Origin: Acidobacteriota bacterium
GTDB lineage: Bacteria > Acidobacteriota > CAIWXX01
Assembly: GCA_040755995.1 (NCBI GenBank)
Contig: JBFMAF010000032.1
Coordinates: forward strand, 225,306-289,305
Direction: 5' to 3'
Length of the DNA: 64,000 nt
Below, piece by piece: positions 17,706-28,191 of the stretch (positions within the stretch are counted from its first letter, which is position 1; each line of letters opens with the position of its first letter). Under the pieces are notes generated by a model. The model did not search any database and had not been told where the DNA came from. It saw only the letters and a list, made by a program, of their open reading frames with translations. The position numbers and the translations under genes were made by a program.

Positions 17706-20180
17706 ATGCGAGAGCTGCCGGTGCTACCACATCATCGCCGCTCTCCGGCCGCGCTCCTTGTGCCGCTCTGCCTCCTGCTCTGGACTCCGGCCCGAGGTCC
17801 AGTAGCAATGCCAGTCAGACCGGCCGGAGCGGATCACCACCAATTCGGCGAGGGGTTTCTCGTGTGGGAATCGAACCGATCAGGGACGTGGCGGATCTGG
17901 ACGGCCCGGCTCGACGGGACCGGTCTGAGGCAGCTCAGCCCGAACGAGCCCCGTTCACGGCACTGCTGCCCGCATATCTCGCCTGACGGCAGCAGAGTCG
18001 CTTACGTGAGCTTCCCGCAGAACGTGGATCCATACGCGGACACCACGGCCGCCGGGAGGCTCCGCCTGATCACCGCAGGCGGTTCGCGCGACGAAGTCAT
18101 TGCCGGGGCCGCGAGAACCTACGGCGAGGGCGACCGCGCTGCCGTCTGGCGAAGCCCAAACGAGATCATCTTCATCGCGGGAGACGGCCACACGCAGCTG
18201 CTCGACCTGAAGTCACGGAACGCGACGCGTCTCACGAAAGCGCCGGCCGCCGCTAATGGGTGGCTGTTGAACGCGACTCTGGACCATGCCACGACGGGCG
18301 TGCCGACCTTCTCGCTCTACGATCGCGACCGGCGGACCATCGTCGAGCGCCAGCGGCAGGGCGGCTGCGAACCGTACTTCTCGCACGACGGGCGGTGGGG
18401 ATACTGGATCGCCGGCGCCGGCGGCCCCCTGGACAGGATCGATCTGGCGACTGGCCGTGTGTCGACGATGATCGAGAAGAACGATGCGCGACTGCCTGCC
18501 GGCATCCGCTACATGTATTTCCCGATGCTCTCGCGCTGCGGCTTGCTGCTCGCCTACGGGGCTTCCGCCAACCAGCACGACCACTCCCGATCCGACTACG
18601 AAATCTTCGTCGTCGAAACCGACCCGCGGACACTCGAGCTCATCGGCCCGCCCGTACGACTGACGCACGATCCTGCGACCGATCGGTACCCCGACGTGTA
18701 CTTGGCTCCCCTGCCGCTCGGCAGGCACTTCGGCGAGGTGCCGTTCACGGTCAGATTCCCTGGAGCCACGGGAGAAGCGGAATGCGACTTCGGCGACGGG
18801 TGTCGAGAACGATCTTCGACTCATACGTACACGCGGCCCGGCACTTTTGCCGTACTGGTGCGACAGGGATCGAGCGAGCTGCGCGGAATGGTGAATGCGT
18901 ATGCGGCGCAGTGTCCGCGCCCGCTGGACGTGTCGGTCCGCGGAAACCGTCAGATCATCGTGACGTTCGACGAGCCGGTGGATGTCTCAACAGCCAGGCT
19001 GAAGCTGGAATCCGGAGCAGCTCTGAGCACACCGTCCGCCGGCGAGTCGGACCGGACTCTGGTTGCGACGGTCGCGCGTGACATCAGCACAGGCGACTGG
19101 CTGCTGATCGAAGGCGTGAGAGACCGCGCGCAGCGCCCCAACACGATGGCGCCCGCACGCCTCAGGGTGCCGCCGCCGACGTGGCCGTCCGTCCGCAACG
19201 ATCTCGTGTTTCTGTGGGAGAATGCGAAGCAGCCCAACCTGGTGACCGATGAGGAAGGAAGCACTGAACGGGCCTGCTCGGTGACGGCGCACGGGCCGGC
19301 TCGCTACGACCGCAACTACGCAATGCAACCCGCCGGAGGCTCATTCGATGTGCCGGCGGCTCTCGTCGAGCGTGTCCTCGATGCCTGCGCAAGAGCGAAC
19401 CAGTTGAGCTTCGAAGCCACGATCTGCACGCATTCTGCCGCGCAGCGCGCAGCGATGGTGGAACTGACGGCCGGGAGCGGCGCGCGCAAGCTCGACGTCT
19501 TCCAGGACGGCGACGCCCTCTTTGTGCATCTCCGCACGACCGGGCGCGGGCCGGATCAGGAGCCACTCTTCGGCGGAAAGCTGCGCGCAGGTACGCCTCT
19601 GCATGTCGTCGTGACGTACGCCCCCGGGCAGTTGGTAGTCTATGTCGACGGAGAGAAGGCAGCCGAGAGATCGCTCGTGCGCGGAGATCTCTCGGGCTGG
19701 AAGTCGGGCACGTTGGTGTTCGGAGGCGCGAGGATGCCCGGGTGGAAGGGGACGATCGAGGGCGTGGCCGTGTACAGCCGCGTGCTCGACGCCACAATCG
19801 TCAGGGAGAGCGCGCTGCGGTACTCGACCAAACTGAAAGCGCGCCCACAGGTAAACCAACTCCAGCTCCAGGCGCACCTCGTGGCGAAGTCGAGGATTCC
19901 GACGCTCGATGAGATCTCGCCCTACCGCCAGGCACTCGCCGTCTACGAGTACAAGGTCGAACGAGTAGCTTTGGGAATGTATGATCGCCCGACGATCCGC
20001 ATTGCTCACTGGGTCGTGCTCGACGGCGCGGCCCTGCCGGCAAGCCGGCTGCGCGAAGGCGAGTCGTCACGACTCAGGCTCGAGCCATTCCAATCCAACC
20101 CCCAGCTCGAGAGCGTCTATATCTCGGACACGCTTCCGGCTGATTACGAACAGCCGCTGTTCTTCGACACAGCGGAGTAG
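17706..20180 (+). CDS. Multidomain exported protein: TolB/PD40 propeller, PKD, Ig-like, LamG and a C-terminal beta domain
   Basis: ESNRSG.W.IW, P.ISPDG.RVAY, DFGDG...HTY..PG, TFDEPVD, HVVVTY...VYVDG...IEGVAVY. Confidence 0.75.
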   Translation: MRELPVLPHHRRSPAALLVPLCLLLWTPARGPVAMPVRPAGADHHQFGEGFLVWESNRSGTWRIWTARLDGTGLRQLSPNEPRSRHCCPHISPDGSRVAYVSFPQNVDPYADTTAAGRLRLITAGGSRDEVIAGAARTYGEGDRAAVWRSPNEIIFIAGDGHTQLLDLKSRNATRLTKAPAAANGWLLNATLDHATTGVPTFSLYDRDRRTIVERQRQGGCEPYFSHDGRWGYWIAGAGGPLDRIDLATGRVSTMIEKNDARLPAGIRYMYFPMLSRCGLLLAYGASANQHDHSRSDYEIFVVETDPRTLELIGPPVRLTHDPATDRYPDVYLAPLPLGRHFGEVPFTVRFPGATGEAECDFGDGCRERSSTHTYTRPGTFAVLVRQGSSELRGMVNAYAAQCPRPLDVSVRGNRQIIVTFDEPVDVSTARLKLESGAALSTPSAGESDRTLVATVARDISTGDWLLIEGVRDRAQRPNTMAPARLRVPPPTWPSVRNDLVFLWENAKQPNLVTDEEGSTERACSVTAHGPARYDRNYAMQPAGGSFDVPAALVERVLDACARANQLSFEATICTHSAAQRAAMVELTAGSGARKLDVFQDGDALFVHLRTTGRGPDQEPLFGGKLRAGTPLHVVVTYAPGQLVVYVDGEKAAERSLVRGDLSGWKSGTLVFGGARMPGWKGTIEGVAVYSRVLDATIVRESALRYSTKLKARPQVNQLQLQAHLVAKSRIPTLDEISPYRQALAVYEYKVERVALGMYDRPTIRIAHWVVLDGAALPASRLREGESSRLRLEPFQSNPQLESVYISDTLPADYEQPLFFDTAE

Positions 20181-20230
20181 GCAGAAGCTTCGTCTGATGT
20201 GAGCGACGGAACTCAGCTCGCTCGCAGGCG

Positions 20231-20581
20231 CTATCGTTCGTGCGCGTTCAAACTGTCGCCAGAGGCCGGTTCGACAATGGCACAGACGGGACGGCCCGGA
20301 CCGAAAACGGTCTGGCCGTTCTCACCGTGGGACCGGCCGAACATGAAGAACCAGGCGGCTACGGCGAACACTACGAGGAGGAAGAAGAGTGCAAAGAACA
20401 CGATGGCGAAAGTGAAGAAGGGCCGGAAGAACACGCGCCAGTACTGGGCGGCCTGGCCGGGCGTGGGCGCCGGGCGGCCGAACAATGCCGGCGCGGGCGC
20501 CGGCGTCAAAGAATGGCCGCAGGCGCGGCAGAAACGATCGCCTTCACCGACATCGGCCCGGCACGACGGGCAATAGACCAT
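20231..20581 (-). CDS. Zinc-ribbon membrane protein
   Basis: YCPSC...FCRACG followed by a Phe-rich TM helix. Confidence 0.75.
   Translation of the reverse strand: MVYCPSCRADVGEGDRFCRACGHSLTPAPAPALFGRPAPTPGQAAQYWRVFFRPFFTFAIVFFALFFLLVVFAVAAWFFMFGRSHGENGQTVFGPGRPVCAIVEPASGDSLNAHER
20233..20302 (+). repeat. 70-bp degenerate direct repeat, copy 1 (copy 2 at 22879-22948)
   Basis: Ungapped alignment, 16 mismatches in 70 bp, shared exact core GAGGCCGGTTCGAC. Confidence 0.75.
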
Positions 20582-20730
20582 GAGGCAACACCTCCCGCAG
20601 CGGTCGTCCTTGCAACCGCCACGCGGGCGATTCTACCACGTCCGGCGATCGACCGGACTCTGCCATTCGGCTTGTCGGCTCGGGCTGCATCGATGAAACG
20701 TGGGGGGCTTCAAGGTGACGGGCCGGAGGA

Positions 20731-20834
20731 TAATCCGCAGATCGCGCGGATTCATGGAGATTTCGTAGATGAGGATTGGTGTTCAGGGTTTGTATGATCC
20801 GCGAAATCCGTTTGATCCGCGCAATGTGCGGTTA
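20731..20834. repeat. Imperfect inverted repeat built from 9-mer units
   Basis: TAATCCGCAGATCGCGCGGATT...GATTTCGTAGAT versus ATCCGCGAAATCCG...ATCCGCGCAATGTGCGGTTA. Confidence 0.7.
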
Positions 20835-20962
20835 GGCCAGCCAACCGTAAGTATCAAGGCCGGATCACGTCCGCTGCTCTCAATCCCACAATCCGTGGAT
20901 GCACCGTTAGGCTCGCTGTGGATCCGCCGGCTGACCCGCGCGGCCGCCTCCCGAAGCTGTGG

Positions 20963-22387
20963 TTATGCTCCTGCGTTGACGCCTACTGCCCGGCTGACCC
21001 AATCGACTTCGGTGCGCATATAGTCAGGGTGAAATCCGGTAATGATGCGCTCCCCCTTATCTTCGCGGAAAACGACCCCGCCGTGATCCGTGGCGGGAAA
21101 TACCACGACATCGAGAGGCTTGCCCTTCTTCTTGAGGACGTCCAGACGCGCGAGTGTCTCCCGGTTTGGGGCTTCCCGATCCTCGCCGCCGAGGAGCCAC
21201 AGCATGGGGACCTGGACCTTCTCGAGGACAGGCCTCGGGTCGTAATCCCAGCTCAGCCCATACAGCAGTATGCGGTTCCGGGCGAAGATGCGCAGGCACC
21301 AGCCGGGCCACTTGATGAAGGCTTCGGTGATCCCACCGTCCATGTGTTTCATCCAAGGTTCGTTCCGACATTCCTTTTTCACGGCTTCGAGTTCATCCCA
21401 ACCGCCCTTGAGGCCTTGGCGGATGACTTCCTGCGTCGCCCCGATCACACGGCGGGCTCTGGCAAGGTCCGCGTCCTTATACCCTAGGTCGCGCAGGGCA
21501 TTGAGCGTCTCTTCCCTGTCCTCGTCGAACGGCGAATCAGCGAGGCCGAAACCGACGTGCACGAAGCGGATGTCGCTCCTCTGTGAAGCCGCGAGTGGGC
21601 CGATCCAGCCACCCTGGCTGTATCCGCCCACGCCGATCCGGTCCGGGTCGATGGCCTTGTGCTGCTTGAGACATTCCACAGCCGCACACATATCGGCCGC
21701 CAGTTTGTAGAAGTCCATGGTGAACTTGCCTTGCGAGCTTCCGACACCTCGCTTGTCGTAGCAGAAGGCAGCTATGCCGTTGGCGGCGAACAGGTAGCCA
21801 CTGCCGTTGTAATCCTTCCAGGAATCATGCTCCGAGCCCTGGTGGAGCACGATCGCCGGGTGGGGGCCCGGTTCTTGCGGCAGGTAAAGGCACCCGGTCA
21901 GCCTGATTCCCTCGCTCTCGAATTCCACGGTTTCGGATTCGATGGGCATACGCCTGCCTTTGACGGGCGCCTTACCGGCTTCCTCGAAGCTGATCGTGGG
22001 CGCGATCGCGGCGGCCCTGTGGAGCTCCACGAAGAGCACGGCAGGTTCCTTCACGGACCAGCCGTCTCCAGTCTGGTATCGGACCGTGGCTGCATCCAGG
22101 TTCGCGCCTGCCACGGGATAGAGCCTGCGGCTCAGACCGTTCGCGGTGTTGTAGAGGCGCAGCGTGTTTTTCTCCGCGCTCGGTACGATGACCAGGACTT
22201 CGCCGTTGTCCAGCTTGTAGGCCCCATAGAAGTCTGTGCGCGGCTTGTCACCACAAGCGACCGTACAGAGAACCAGGCAGACGAGAAGGCATGCGGAGAG
22301 AAGGCGTCCGTACACGGAGTACGAGCCCCCTGGAGGGGAGGCCCGCAAGCGGGAAACGGCGTGCTCTTGGCGCAGATGACGAATCAT
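20963..22387 (-). CDS. Lipoprotein alpha/beta hydrolase (S9/S15-like)
   Basis: TVAC lipobox-like motif, YDKRGVG.S, GYSQGG nucleophile elbow, GGED, DHG. Confidence 0.85.
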   Translation of the reverse strand: MIRHLRQEHAVSRLRASPPGGSYSVYGRLLSACLLVCLVLCTVACGDKPRTDFYGAYKLDNGEVLVIVPSAEKNTLRLYNTANGLSRRLYPVAGANLDAATVRYQTGDGWSVKEPAVLFVELHRAAAIAPTISFEEAGKAPVKGRRMPIESETVEFESEGIRLTGCLYLPQEPGPHPAIVLHQGSEHDSWKDYNGSGYLFAANGIAAFCYDKRGVGSSQGKFTMDFYKLAADMCAAVECLKQHKAIDPDRIGVGGYSQGGWIGPLAASQRSDIRFVHVGFGLADSPFDEDREETLNALRDLGYKDADLARARRVIGATQEVIRQGLKGGWDELEAVKKECRNEPWMKHMDGGITEAFIKWPGWCLRIFARNRILLYGLSWDYDPRPVLEKVQVPMLWLLGGEDREAPNRETLARLDVLKKKGKPLDVVVFPATDHGGVVFREDKGERIITGFHPDYMRTEVDWVSRAVGVNAGA

Positions 22388-22878
22388 GAGCTCGGATCTC
22401 CTTTCTCACCCGGGCAGACAGTGGCGCCGCAAGCGCCCGACTCCGGGTCTGGCTGACAAATATGAATGCGCTATCCGATCGCTTTGGACGCGGGCGGCAG
22501 CCGCCATTCTGAGCGTCGCCCCATCCAGGGGCTGGACGCTCGAGACGCCCTGCAGCCCCGACGCACATACGAACCCTCCAAGTATCCATCTTCGCAATCA
22601 ACTCAACAGAGTCATCCATTCTCATCGCCTAGGACGGAAATCGAGGCCGGAATGTTCCCTTCGGAGCCGGATTCGGGCCGTGGTGTTGTGGCCCTTGCGC
22701 GCCACCGAGAGACTCAGTGGATCGGAAGCCCGCCGCTCCCACGATCCCGGCGCCTTTGCGCCTTCGACTTCAATCTGTAATTGTGCCTCATATGGCGCAT
22801 CGCGTCATTCATTCCCCCCAGAGGACTCGCCCGGCCTGCGCTTGTCGAGCGTCAGAGTCCTGCCCGGCAGGACGCGCG

Positions 22879-22948
22879 ATCGCCCGTGCGCGATCAGACG
22901 CCCGGCCGAGGCCGGTTCGACTACGGCGCTGACGGGACGGTCCGCGCC
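22879..22948 (+). repeat. 70-bp degenerate direct repeat, copy 2
   Basis: Aligns with 20233-20302. Confidence 0.75.
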
Positions 22949-22979
22949 GGGCACTGCCCGTCCGGTCTCCCCGGTGGTC

Positions 22980-24116
22980 TCACACCGAGATCAAATGGTC
23001 TTCGAGGTAGGACATGAGGGGATATGTCGAATTGTAGTGTTTCTGCATGAACATTGGGGAGCGCTTCCTGAAAAGCCTCTCCCCTAGCCGATCGACGATC
23101 GGGGTCAACACGCGCTCGCTCTCGCAGAGAGCCGGTGACACGCGCTCGATTGAGCCAGTAGCCTGCCAGTTCAGGCAGGCACAGCGGTGTTCACAGCGAG
23201 ACCGGATCGCGCAATCGCTGCACTGCTCATCCTCGGCCTGCGAAAGCTCGTATAGCTCTCGCTGACGGGCTGAATCGATGCCGCTCCAAACGTCCCCGAT
23301 CGCATAGGCCGTGTTACAGATTCCATCCTGGACGAACTGGACACACGGATAGATAGCGCCGTCCGGACCGACGGAGATCTGGCGGACACCCAGGTGGCAC
23401 TGCGAACAGAGTGCCTTCTCTCCGTGGATGTAGGTGGCGAATTTCTTCTCGAACGGGCTGAAGTAGAATTTCTCTTCGGCAAGCGTCTTCCGCTCGTACC
23501 AGCTGCTGAGTCGCCTATATTGAGTCCTCAGTCGCTTCATGTGATCATCAGTCCAACGGCCGCCGTAGTTCAGCGAAGCGATGATGTACCGGAAGCCTTT
23601 GTCGAAGAGAAAGCTAACGGATTCGGCATATCCGTCGACGGCCTCCGGCGCCACAGTCATGAATACACTGGCATATGGCTGCGCTTGCAAGAGCGGCCCG
23701 ATCTTCGGCTCAACGAGAGCAAAAGTGCCTTGCGCCGTGGCGGAGCGGCGATGCAGATCGTGGCTCGCCTGAACTCCATCAAAGCTGAGTGCAATCCGCA
23801 CGTGCTCTCTGGCCGCGAAACTGAGGAATTGCGCATCCAGAAGTAACCCATTAGTGGTTGCCTTGAAGTGAAAGCTTGCAGGGACTCGCCTCTCGTGCTC
23901 GCGACAGAAGCGGACCGTGTGGACAATCAGGTCCTTCATGAGCAGCGGCTCGCCTCCGAAGAAGATGATCCCGGTGTTGCCCGAAGACTTGGACCCGAGG
24001 ACGACAGCCCGCTCGCATATCTCCTCGGTCATGTCCAGATTCCGGGCGGCTGCCGGCGCATAGCAGTAGCCGCATCGCATGTTGCAGCGATTGGTGAGAT
24101 GCAGCGTGATATGCAA
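22980..24116 (-). CDS. Radical SAM/SPASM domain protein
   Basis: CNMRCGYC, FFGGEPLL, TTNG, SFDG; SPASM cysteines C.LG...DG.IYPC and CSDC.....C...CAC...C. Confidence 0.92.
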   Translation of the reverse strand: MHITLHLTNRCNMRCGYCYAPAAARNLDMTEEICERAVVLGSKSSGNTGIIFFGGEPLLMKDLIVHTVRFCREHERRVPASFHFKATTNGLLLDAQFLSFAAREHVRIALSFDGVQASHDLHRRSATAQGTFALVEPKIGPLLQAQPYASVFMTVAPEAVDGYAESVSFLFDKGFRYIIASLNYGGRWTDDHMKRLRTQYRRLSSWYERKTLAEEKFYFSPFEKKFATYIHGEKALCSQCHLGVRQISVGPDGAIYPCVQFVQDGICNTAYAIGDVWSGIDSARQRELYELSQAEDEQCSDCAIRSRCEHRCACLNWQATGSIERVSPALCESERVLTPIVDRLGERLFRKRSPMFMQKHYNSTYPLMSYLEDHLISV

Positions 24117-24124
24117 CCGGAGGT

Positions 24125-25585
24125 CTACCGTGCCTGCTTACGCAGGCAATAAATGCCCCACTCGGCGTAGGCCCGAACGCGACTGTCGGGACTGGCGAGC
24201 TCCGTTTGGAGGAGTGGAATCAGGCCTTGGTCTCCAGTCTTCACCATGACTTTAATAGCGCCGGGCTTGACGTAGGTTGGCAGGCTCTTGAACGTGTCAA
24301 CCAATTGCTGGCAAAGCGACGGTGAATCAAGCTCGTCCATGGCGCTCACCACAGATGCCATGACCCAGGCTTTGTCTTCCCCCATCTTCAGGCTCCTATC
24401 GAGCTGCCGGCACAGAGCCTCGCGCACCCTCGGGTCAGAGCAGTGTGCGAGAATCTCGAGTACGCCTCCAGTTTGATATTGCGAGCATTGATCCAACAGG
24501 GACAGCCCGAGATCCACGACTTCGGGGGCGTCCACTTGCTGCAGGCGACCTAGTACTTCCAGGCGGACCCACGAGTCAGGATTCTTCCACGCCTCCATGA
24601 GAAGAGGCACGGCTGCGTCCGCAGGCAACCTCCGGACGGCATCGAGGCACGGCAAGACCGCGGCGGCATCGCAAGACTTCATGAGAGTGCTGACCAGGGA
24701 TGGGTTCGGCGAAACGCCAATGGAGACCAGGGCATCCAACGCTGCCGCACGGATCTTGGGCTTGCGGCGCTCGTCCGGGACCACCTGAACGAGAGCGGGT
24801 GCTGCTCCCTTGATCTGAAATGCCTTCACCAGGCCGATCGTGTCTTCATCCATTGCGCTGGTCAGGCGAGGCCCAAGTCGTCTCACGGCATCCAGCGCGC
24901 ATCGCGCCCGGCGCCATTCCGGGTCTATCTGGTCCAGTGCTTCCACGCACTCTCCCTGACTGTACGACTCCGCGGCCAGGAGCCTCTCGACTATGAGCGG
25001 CACAGCGCGCGGGTCCTTTGAGGTGGCGAGGTGTTCCATGGCATTCGAGTGGAAGCCGCTGCACCCATCGGACTCCCCAATCCGATTCTCCAGAATCCCG
25101 AACGCGACCTCTTTGGCTTGAACCGGGAACAGCTCGAAGAGCGCAAGCAGCGAGTAGAAGCGGTCACCCCAGTCGGCCTTTGAAGCGAGGAAGGCTTCGA
25201 GGAACCGCGGATAGGTGTGGGTGACCTCATTCCTGCTCCTCCAGTCCAGATCGATGCGGCCTAGTGCCCTGGAGCCGGAATAGCAGTCTTGGGGTCTGCT
25301 CAGCAAGTGTTCCATGATAGCCGGGATGGCCTCTCGTTGTCTCAACCTGCCCAGAGCCTCGAGTACTCCTCGCTTGTCACATCCCGGATCCTTCAAAGCC
25401 TCCAGCAGAACGGGCAGTCCACGCTTCTCTCCGGTCAGGCCTATCTCTTCCACCACCAGATTGCGGTCCCGATGGTCCTTCCACATCTGCGCCAGGCGCT
25501 CGAAGCGCGATGGATCCACTCCAGACGGGCCCGAAGAAGCGGGTGGAGGCGCGAGAAGCAATGCCAGTACAAGCCCGATTCTCAT
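24125..25585 (-). CDS. Exported HEAT-repeat protein
   Basis: Signal peptide and repeated ALG.L...A.P.L / D..VR..A helical units. Confidence 0.8.
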   Translation of the reverse strand: MRIGLVLALLLAPPPASSGPSGVDPSRFERLAQMWKDHRDRNLVVEEIGLTGEKRGLPVLLEALKDPGCDKRGVLEALGRLRQREAIPAIMEHLLSRPQDCYSGSRALGRIDLDWRSRNEVTHTYPRFLEAFLASKADWGDRFYSLLALFELFPVQAKEVAFGILENRIGESDGCSGFHSNAMEHLATSKDPRAVPLIVERLLAAESYSQGECVEALDQIDPEWRRARCALDAVRRLGPRLTSAMDEDTIGLVKAFQIKGAAPALVQVVPDERRKPKIRAAALDALVSIGVSPNPSLVSTLMKSCDAAAVLPCLDAVRRLPADAAVPLLMEAWKNPDSWVRLEVLGRLQQVDAPEVVDLGLSLLDQCSQYQTGGVLEILAHCSDPRVREALCRQLDRSLKMGEDKAWVMASVVSAMDELDSPSLCQQLVDTFKSLPTYVKPGAIKVMVKTGDQGLIPLLQTELASPDSRVRAYAEWGIYCLRKQAR

Positions 25586-25591
25586 CTGATA

Positions 25592-26413
25592 TCACTCCTG
25601 CGCGGATTCCCGTCGGGACCACTCGACGAAATCCCGGACTTGCTCCTTGAGTAGCTCCCTCGCCTCCGCCTCGCATTCACCACGACGGCAGCCATCTCTC
25701 TGGATAATGGGATCATAGAATACAACCGCCGACACCGGCTCCCCTGCTAGACGTTCCCGTATTTCCTGAGCAACCGCGACCATGTCGTAGCTCATTACAG
25801 TGGAGTCTGACGATGGTCCGCCGAGCTTCTCGTAGTTCTCAGAGGACACGAACTTGAATCCGATTCCACGGTTGCTATCGTAGCCATCCAGGTAGAACAG
25901 ATGTTTCTGACCCTTCTCATATTCGGCAGCGCGGCCTGCCTGCAGTCGATCGCGGTCGTATTTCTCCCTCCTTTCTTCCGTAAGGACGCCATCGAGGAGC
26001 AACGGCTTGTCGGAAGGTGAGAATCCCGAATTCCTCAATTCGTTGATGATGAGATCGATCGCCTCGTCCTCGGAGAGAAACACCGGCGGTGTCACCACCA
26101 CGCAACCAGTGGCGCCGTGGCCATCTCCGTGAATGAAGAGCGGTGGCATCTTGAACTCGTGAGCGCGGCCCTCATGCCGGGCCTGATGATCGAGCGAGCT
26201 CGGATCGCGTTTCGTCTGTGGCCCGCCCCCCTGAGTTGCCGCGTGCCAGCCCTGGTCGCATGACCCTACCAACATCAGCAGGGTTCCAGTCGTCAGGCCC
26301 TTCTTCAGCCATCGTTGGGGAACAGCTCCGTTGATCAGTTGGGGATTCGAACGGAGTGTCGACCGGTCGGGATAGTTCGCGTTGCGATACTTCTTGACCG
26401 ACTTCAATTTCAT
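25592..26413 (-). CDS. Uncharacterised lipoprotein-like protein with N-terminal extension; first gene of the rSAM operon
   Basis: GGAGG RBS. MKLKSVKKYRNANYP...PQRW precedes LLMLVGSC; internal PLFIHGDGHGATGCVVVTPPVFLSEDEA. Confidence 0.7.
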   Translation of the reverse strand: MKLKSVKKYRNANYPDRSTLRSNPQLINGAVPQRWLKKGLTTGTLLMLVGSCDQGWHAATQGGGPQTKRDPSSLDHQARHEGRAHEFKMPPLFIHGDGHGATGCVVVTPPVFLSEDEAIDLIINELRNSGFSPSDKPLLLDGVLTEERREKYDRDRLQAGRAAEYEKGQKHLFYLDGYDSNRGIGFKFVSSENYEKLGGPSSDSTVMSYDMVAVAQEIRERLAGEPVSAVVFYDPIIQRDGCRRGECEAEARELLKEQVRDFVEWSRRESAQE

Positions 26414-26583
26414 GGCTGCCTCCGTGACATCCAACCGTACATTCGCACTCCGGTCAATGTGTCAGGGAACGTTGCTGTTCCCCGGGTCAGGCCTGGTGAG
26501 TCGGGGACGCAGGTATCCGAAAACCTCGAGCGCCCCATAGAGAAGTCTAGGCGCCGGAAAGAGGAGAGTCAAGCCCGAGCCGG

Positions 26584-28191
26584 CTAGTCGCGCGCGGCCC
26601 GGCGGCGTTCCAAGAATAGCGCCAGCGCGATGAGAACGGCGGCTGACGCGAGATATGGGAGCGGCACGGCCAGTCGCTGTTCCGGCGTGCTGATGCCGCA
26701 GAAGTCGACGGCCTTCACCTTCTGAAGCGAAGCGTACCAGAGGCCGACGTAGATCCCCGAGAAGAGCTTTCCGCCTCGAGTGAGCGCTCCGGCCCCGGTG
26801 GCGAACGCAGCCACGAAGAGAAGGCCGACGAGGAACACCAGGCCGCGCTGCGGGGAGGAAAGAGCGGCCCTCATGGCGGCCGGCAGACCGAGGACAACGA
26901 CGAAGAGCATCGTCGAGAAGAGCTTCCAGATGACCGTCGATGACGGAACGGCGGGCTGGCAGTGGACAAGAGCCCGCGTCCCCGTGAGCTCCTCGCGCGC
27001 CGCGACTTCCGAGAGCAGCGGTGCCAGAAGAATGAGGAGGGCGGCGGCAGCTCCGTTGATTTCGCCGGCCGGGATGACGGCAGCCAGCACCGCCGAACCC
27101 AACAGTGGCCACTTCAGGAATGATCCGCTGTCCCAGATCATGCGGGCCTCCGCTGCTACCGCTCTCCACCTCGCCGGCGAAACCGCAACGGGTGCGAGGC
27201 GCACGGCAGAGGGAGATTCGCCGAGCGTGCCGTTCTCTTCGACGTCGCGCCGGAAGCGCTTTGCCAGGCGTGCGAATGCGCCCGGCCGGTCCGCCCGCCT
27301 CTTCTGTCGTGCCGGATCGAACCGGTCAAAGAAGAAGACCGCCAGTGCGAACGGTGCGAGCAGCCAGAGCAGGGAGGCAACGCGCACAAATAGGAGCCCA
27401 CCGAACAAGGGAACCCCCTCCCACATGACTCTACGAAAGGGTTTGTCCGAGTATTCGAGCCCGACATTCACTGAATGAGCCTTGGCCTCTGGAACGTGCC
27501 GCTCGATGATGCTGGTGACCGCCCCGATTCCGGCGGGATCGTCGATGGGATACCCGGCCACGTTGATGGGCATGAAAAGCGGCGGCAGTACGAGCACAAA
27601 GGACCAGAAGAAGAACCAGAGTATGAGCCCCCCGCGGCTCCGAAGCCCCGGCGTGACGTCGAAGAGGAGCGCGCAGGCGGCGGTAATGGCCAACCCTGGA
27701 ATCGCGAGCAGGAGCGACGGTGCGACAAAGCGCAGCACACCAAACGAGCCCGTTCCGTATCGCAGGAAGACCGCGAACCCCGAGACCAGGCACAGCAGGG
27801 AGAGCACCAGCAGGTACGCGAAGTGCGCGGTTAGCTTGCCGAGGAGGTAGCTGGTCTTCGACATCTGAGTGGCGGCGAGAATGGCTCCCACCCCTTTTTC
27901 GCGATCCTTCCGCACGGAACCCGCGATCAGATAGAAGCCGACGAGCGTCAGGAAGCTCGAGACGAGGATGCCGATGGCGAGCCCGAGGTAGGCCGAATTG
28001 TAGGCGCCTGAGGTGCGCACGCCGTCAACGGAGGTCCACGAAACCGACGCGACGTTCTTCTTGGGATCGGGAAGCCAGAGAAACGACAGGACGATCGATG
28101 CCAGCACCGTCAGGACGGTTGCTGGGGCCCGAAGCCGTTCGGTGAGCTCCACCTCCACCTGCGCGCGCACCAGGTGCCAGAGCGCGCTCAT
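26584..28191 (-). CDS. ABC-2-type transporter permease
   Basis: Multi-TM protein with DRE.GV..IL.AT..S...YLLGK motif, overlapping the ATPase gene. Confidence 0.8.
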   Translation of the reverse strand: MSALWHLVRAQVEVELTERLRAPATVLTVLASIVLSFLWLPDPKKNVASVSWTSVDGVRTSGAYNSAYLGLAIGILVSSFLTLVGFYLIAGSVRKDREKGVGAILAATQMSKTSYLLGKLTAHFAYLLVLSLLCLVSGFAVFLRYGTGSFGVLRFVAPSLLLAIPGLAITAACALLFDVTPGLRSRGGLILWFFFWSFVLVLPPLFMPINVAGYPIDDPAGIGAVTSIIERHVPEAKAHSVNVGLEYSDKPFRRVMWEGVPLFGGLLFVRVASLLWLLAPFALAVFFFDRFDPARQKRRADRPGAFARLAKRFRRDVEENGTLGESPSAVRLAPVAVSPARWRAVAAEARMIWDSGSFLKWPLLGSAVLAAVIPAGEINGAAAALLILLAPLLSEVAAREELTGTRALVHCQPAVPSSTVIWKLFSTMLFVVVLGLPAAMRAALSSPQRGLVFLVGLLFVAAFATGAGALTRGGKLFSGIYVGLWYASLQKVKAVDFCGISTPEQRLAVPLPYLASAAVLIALALFLERRRAARD

